Source: Desulfobacterales bacterium
GTDB taxonomy: Bacteria > Desulfobacterota > Desulfobacteria > Desulfobacterales > UBA5852
Assembly (NCBI GenBank): GCA_963674755.2
Contig: CAXXVS010000002.1
Span: 64,001 to 128,000, forward strand
Reading direction: 5' to 3'
DNA length: 64,000 nucleotides
Shown here: positions 59,841 to 64,000 of the stretch, one piece after another
Numbering within the stretch: position 1 is the first letter of the stretch
Layout: each line of letters begins with the position of its first letter
Program-made: the position numbers and the translations under genes
The notes under the pieces: model-generated
Database searches by the model: none
What the model was told of the DNA's origin: nothing
What the model saw: only the letters and a program-made list of their open reading frames with translations

Positions 59841-60671
59841 CTAAATGTTGTGGATCAGGTAGCCGCCGTCCACCGGGATGGACACCCCTGTGACGAAACC
59901 GGAGGCTTTTTCGCTGGCCAGAAACAGGGTGGCCCCGGCCAGTTCCTCCGGGGCGCCGAAGCGCCCGAAAGGGGTGCGGGCGATGACCGCCTGCCCCCGG
60001 GGGGTGTAGTCCCCGGTCTCCTCGTCAACGAGCAGGGCCTTGTTCTGCTTACCCAGGAAAAAGCCCGGTGCGATAGCATTGACCCGGATCCCGTAGCGGG
60101 CAAATTCGTTGGCCGTGGCCTGGGTGAGGCTCAACACACCGGCCTTGGCCGCGTCGTAGCCCCAGACGCCCGACAAGGGGGTGTAGGACGTCATGGAGGT
60201 CAGATTGATGATGGATCCCCGGATGCCTTTGTCAATCCAAAAAGCCGCCACGACTTTGGTGGGGATCACCAGACCGGCCAGGAGATTGAGGCGCAGGATC
60301 TCCTCGAACTGGGCCGTGTCCGTGGCGATGAAGGGGCCTTTGCCGCGGTTGCCCCCCACGGCGTTGATCAGAATGCTGGGCGGCGTCCAGCGGGCGGCGG
60401 TGTCCCGCAAGGCCTGGGCAACCTTTTCTTCATCCCCCGTATCCACCTGGAAGCCCGCCAAGCGGTCGGCCCCACCGGTTTCAGCGGTCAATTGTTCCAG
60501 GGCCCGATCGAGGGATTCCCGGGTGCGGCTCCAAACGGCCACATTGGCACCGGCCTTCAACAGGGCGCCGGCCATGACCGTGCCGATAACGCCGGCCCCG
60601 CCGGCCACGATGGCCGTGCGTCCTTCCAGAAGGAAGAGCTGTTCTAACCAATTTGATGCAGGATTTGACAT
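59841..60671 (-). CDS. SDR oxidoreductase, probably D-mannonate oxidoreductase / fructuronate reductase
   Basis: GGAGVIG, NAVGGN, YDAAK, NAIAPGFF..QNKALL and VDGG motifs; hexuronate context. Confidence 0.8.
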   Translation of the reverse strand: MSNPASNWLEQLFLLEGRTAIVAGGAGVIGTVMAGALLKAGANVAVWSRTRESLDRALEQLTAETGGADRLAGFQVDTGDEEKVAQALRDTAARWTPPSILINAVGGNRGKGPFIATDTAQFEEILRLNLLAGLVIPTKVVAAFWIDKGIRGSIINLTSMTSYTPLSGVWGYDAAKAGVLSLTQATANEFARYGIRVNAIAPGFFLGKQNKALLVDEETGDYTPRGQAVIARTPFGRFGAPEELAGATLFLASEKASGFVTGVSIPVDGGYLIHNI

Positions 60672-60687
60672 GAGGACCTCAATGGTT

Positions 60688-62244
60688 TCAGCGGCGTTTG
60701 AAAGGGGTCAAATGCCGGTCGAAATGCTTGGCGATAAGGGTTGTATAGAGAGACACGTTGGCGTCCAATACGGACCGCAAAGAGGGTCCCAGGTCCGGAT
60801 GGTTCAAGACCGATCCATAGGTGACATGCAGAATTTCCCGGGCATGAAAATTTTCCAACAGGTCGGGCAGGGCGGCCTCCGTCATGGCACTTGCCTGTGG
60901 CAGGGCGTCGATGCGGGCGGAGACATGGTAGCTGGCCCGGTCTTCCGGATAGCGCACCACCGCCAGGGCAAGGATGCGGCGGAAAAGATCGGGGTCGGTC
61001 ATGGCAACGGCCCGCAAGGCTTCCAGGTAGCTCGTACCGGCGGTTTTGAGATGCACCCGACCGCGGGTGTGTTCGGCTGCCAAGGGATAGATACGGAACT
61101 TGTCCGATCCGGAATGCAGGCTCAATTTGTAGGGTCCCAGGGCGCGCGCCACGGCGGCATGCTGCTTGAAAGAGGCTTCGAAGGCCGCCAGATCGCCGAT
61201 ATAGTCGACGCCCTTTTCGAACTCCCCCACATAGCGGGGCGCCAGGCTGACCCAGCGCACCCCCAGCCGTTGGAGTTCGGCGGCGATATAGATGTGCTCG
61301 GCCAGGCTGGTGACGGTATCGGTTTCATCCACGCTGACTTCGAGCTCGAAGGGTCTTGCCCCCATACGGGTTAGGAGATGGCGATACATACCTACGGTGT
61401 GGCCCACCACCCGGCCGTATTTGGCGGCGGCCCGCCATATCTGATGTTTCGTCAGTTGGCAAGGCGCACCGTCCAATTCCAGGGGCTTCCGGCAGAGGGC
61501 CTGCGCGAGATCGGCCGGCCGGCTTTCCAGGGCGTCCCAGGGCAGGGCCCGGACCAGGGCTTCGAGGTCGGTCTCGGCCGCAGTATCGGCCCGGGGGTCC
61601 ACGTGATCGCCGGGATCGATGGTGAAGAACGTGTAGCCGGCCTCCACAAAGGGGTCGAGAGCTTCGGGCGTCTTGAGGTGGTCCGCATCGGCCCCGAACC
61701 CTCTCCGCCAGCCGGTTTCGAACACCCCCCAGACGGCATCCGCCATCACGTCGGCCGGGGTGCGCCCGGTACGCTCATTTTCGCGCACCGACTGCTGGGC
61801 CAGAATGGGCGCCAGGCCGGCCCGGCGCACGGCCTGGATGTGGCCCGGCGTGGCCAGACCGAGGCGGTCGCCGCACCCGGCCGAGGTTTGCAGACCGAGC
61901 AGGGTCGGGTTGAGAAAGGCCAGGCGCTCCTGCAGGGCCGCAAGGTTGGCCGGGGACGTGGGCCCAACGGTGACGGTCAGGGACGGATCGCCGGCGGGGC
62001 GACGCTGCGCGCCCACGAAGTGTTCGGCGGCCCCCCCCGGTCGGCTGACCACCACGATCCGCCGGCCGGAATCCGTTGGGGCCAGGCCCACAAGGCCGTC
62101 GGGGGCGACGGCCAGGGAAGCGGGGTAGGGTGCCAAACCGCACAGCGCCGACAACGCTTCCTCCGCCAGCTGCTGGCGGGCCGCGCTGTTCAGATCGACA
62201 TCCGCATGGGGCTGGCTCAACAATTGCGCGATTCGGGATGTCAC
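60688..62244 (-). CDS. uxaE: Tagaturonate/fructuronate epimerase
   Basis: GDRLGLATPGH, AQQSVRE, GADADHLK, EVSVDET, FEKGVDY, SLHSGSDKF and HLKTAGTSYLEA motifs. Confidence 0.92.
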   Translation of the reverse strand: MTSRIAQLLSQPHADVDLNSAARQQLAEEALSALCGLAPYPASLAVAPDGLVGLAPTDSGRRIVVVSRPGGAAEHFVGAQRRPAGDPSLTVTVGPTSPANLAALQERLAFLNPTLLGLQTSAGCGDRLGLATPGHIQAVRRAGLAPILAQQSVRENERTGRTPADVMADAVWGVFETGWRRGFGADADHLKTPEALDPFVEAGYTFFTIDPGDHVDPRADTAAETDLEALVRALPWDALESRPADLAQALCRKPLELDGAPCQLTKHQIWRAAAKYGRVVGHTVGMYRHLLTRMGARPFELEVSVDETDTVTSLAEHIYIAAELQRLGVRWVSLAPRYVGEFEKGVDYIGDLAAFEASFKQHAAVARALGPYKLSLHSGSDKFRIYPLAAEHTRGRVHLKTAGTSYLEALRAVAMTDPDLFRRILALAVVRYPEDRASYHVSARIDALPQASAMTEAALPDLLENFHAREILHVTYGSVLNHPDLGPSLRSVLDANVSLYTTLIAKHFDRHLTPFKRR

Positions 62245-62266
62245 GATCGATTCCTTTCAGCTATGG

Positions 62267-63601
62267 CTAGGGCATGAACATATTGGGCAGCCACATGGAT
62301 ATGGACGGGATATAGGTGATGGCCAGGAGTGTAATGAACATGAAAAGATAAAACGGCAGCAAGGGTTTTACCATGTCTTCGATGCGGATGCGCCCGATGG
62401 CGCAGCCCACGAAAAGGGTCGAACCCACCGGGGGCGTGAGCAGCCCCATGCCCAGGTTGAGCATCATGACGATGCCGAACTGGTGCGGGTCCATGCCGAA
62501 GTTGGCCACCACCGGCAGGAGAATCGGCGTGGTGATCAGGATCAGGGGGGCCATGTCCATGATCATGCCCAGCCCCAGCAGGATGACATTAATAATCAGG
62601 AAGACGATGTAGCGGTTGTCGGTCAGATTGATCAGGGCGTCGGTTACGAGCTGGGGGATGCTCAGACGGGTCATCATGTAGCCGTAGGCGCTGGAGGTGG
62701 TGATCAGGGCGGCCACGATGGCCAGGGTCTTGAGGGATTCGAAAAGCACCACCCTGAGGTTGCCCCAACCCAGTTCGCGGTAGACGAAGGCCGTGATGAT
62801 AAAGGCATAGGCTACCGCAATGGCGGCGGATTCGGTGGCCGTGAAGATACCCGAGACCACCCCCCCGATGATGATCACCGCTGTCAAGAGGCCCAGCAGG
62901 CCGTCCATGACACGGGCCACGCCTTCCCGGAAAGCCACCGGCTGACCTTTGGGGTAGTTGCGTCGCACCGCCAGAAAATAGGAGATGACCATCAGGGCCA
63001 GGCCCAGCAGGATACCCGGGGTGACGCCGGCCAGAAAAAGTTTGCCGATGGAAAGGGAAAACTGCTTGGAGATCCCGTCCACCGTTACGGTCACCCATCC
63101 GGCGGCCAGGGCGTAGATGATGACGTTGTGGCTGGGCGGGATGATGACGCCCTGGACCGAGGAGGAGATGGTGACGGCTACCGAGTAGTCATTGTCGTAG
63201 CCGGCCTTTTTCATCATGGGGATCATGATGGACCCGATGGAGGAGGTGTCGGCCACCGAGGAGCCGGAGATGCCGCCGAAGAGCATGGAGGCCATGATGT
63301 TCACCATGGCCAGCCCCCCCCGGATTTTACCCACCAGCACGTCGGCCATGGCGATCATCTTCTGGGAGATGCCCCCCACCCCCATGAGCTGGCCGGCCAG
63401 GATGAAGAAAGGGATGGCCATCAGCGAAAAGGAGTCCAGCCCCTTGGCCATCTGCTGCAGAACCACCATCAGGGGCAGATCCAGATACCAGCCCGTGAGC
63501 ACCGAGGCGGTCCCCAGGGCGAAGGCCACCGGCACCCGTACCGCCAGCAGGACGAAGAAAGTGCCCACCAGAAGGGTTATGCCCAGAACATCGGCTTCCA
63601 T
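62267..63601 (-). CDS. dctM: TRAP transporter large permease
   Basis: AIPFFILAG, FGGISGSSVAD, IIPPS, FTATES and TPPVG motifs. Confidence 0.93.
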   Translation of the reverse strand: MEADVLGITLLVGTFFVLLAVRVPVAFALGTASVLTGWYLDLPLMVVLQQMAKGLDSFSLMAIPFFILAGQLMGVGGISQKMIAMADVLVGKIRGGLAMVNIMASMLFGGISGSSVADTSSIGSIMIPMMKKAGYDNDYSVAVTISSSVQGVIIPPSHNVIIYALAAGWVTVTVDGISKQFSLSIGKLFLAGVTPGILLGLALMVISYFLAVRRNYPKGQPVAFREGVARVMDGLLGLLTAVIIIGGVVSGIFTATESAAIAVAYAFIITAFVYRELGWGNLRVVLFESLKTLAIVAALITTSSAYGYMMTRLSIPQLVTDALINLTDNRYIVFLIINVILLGLGMIMDMAPLILITTPILLPVVANFGMDPHQFGIVMMLNLGMGLLTPPVGSTLFVGCAIGRIRIEDMVKPLLPFYLFMFITLLAITYIPSISMWLPNMFMP

Positions 63602-63610
63602 GACCGTCCT

Positions 63611-64000
63611 TTAGGTTTGGCCGCTGGGCGGCTGCTGTTCGAGAAAAGTGCCATAGGGCACCCAGAAAAGCTCCATGGCATTGAAGATCAGGAGGACACC
63701 GGAAATCGGGATGACGGCGTACTCCACGGCGCTGGGCAGCTTGGTGGCCGGCAGGGTGGACATGGACGTGAATTCCACCAGTTCCAGTCCGTTGACGATC
63801 ATCACCAATCCGAACCCGGCGATCAGCAGGTAGATCAGGCGGGAAACCACATACTGGCCCTTCAACGGAAACAGATTGAAAAGATATTCGATGCCGATGT
63901 GCAGGTGCAGCTTGACGCCGATGGGAATGCTGAGGATGCCGAACCAGATCATCAGCAAGATGGCGATCTCTTCGGTCCAGGAAGGGGAGTCGTTGAAGAC
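63611..64000 (-). CDS. dctQ: TRAP transporter small permease, 5' end outside the window
   Basis: SWTEEIAILLMIWFG..HIGIE; frame is open to the window edge. Confidence 0.85.
   Translation of the reverse strand, partial: VFNDSPSWTEEIAILLMIWFGILSIPIGVKLHLHIGIEYLFNLFPLKGQYVVSRLIYLLIAGFGLVMIVNGLELVEFTSMSTLPATKLPSAVEYAVIPISGVLLIFNAMELFWVPYGTFLEQQPPSGQT

Overview
Bacterial chromosomal window, probably from a Desulfobacterales-type sulfate reducer (inferred from a glutaryl-CoA dehydrogenase very like that of Desulfococcus and from the gene content). 1-10.5 kb holds a visibly lower-GC exopolysaccharide/glycan cluster on the minus strand: membrane protein, sulfotransferase, flippase, three glycosyltransferases, a broken FkbM-like gene with a 23-nt homopolymer, and an AsnB-type amidotransferase. 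10.5-18.7 kb holds a complete lasso-peptide cluster on the same strand, and its last gene overlaps the first glycan gene. It comprises an ABC exporter, nucleotidyltransferase, RRE/PqqD, B2 peptidase, cyclase, HPr-like kinase, and two short precursor genes missing from the ORF track (11804-11959 and 11553-11717; predicted cores GGSGRKPENWPQQRHRYP and AGSRGWREGWWHRDDPGRRS). The rest is metabolic: galE, a polar amino-acid ABC transporter, PPi-PFK, GGT, a 2-hydroxyacid module (TAXI-TRAP, FadR, FAD/Fe-S oxidoreductase, LarA-like), rocD with TrmB, a 2-oxoacid:ferredoxin oxidoreductase / glutaryl-CoA dehydrogenase / Na+-pumping glutaconyl-CoA decarboxylase operon, and a Thermotoga-like hexuronate-to-gluconate operon. 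Intergenic DNA carries many MITE/REP-like palindromic elements, several of which overwrite gene ends, and inverted arrays of 7-8-nt units. No rRNA, tRNA, CRISPR array or transposase gene was seen. All calls come from manual reading and motif recognition; no database searches were run.
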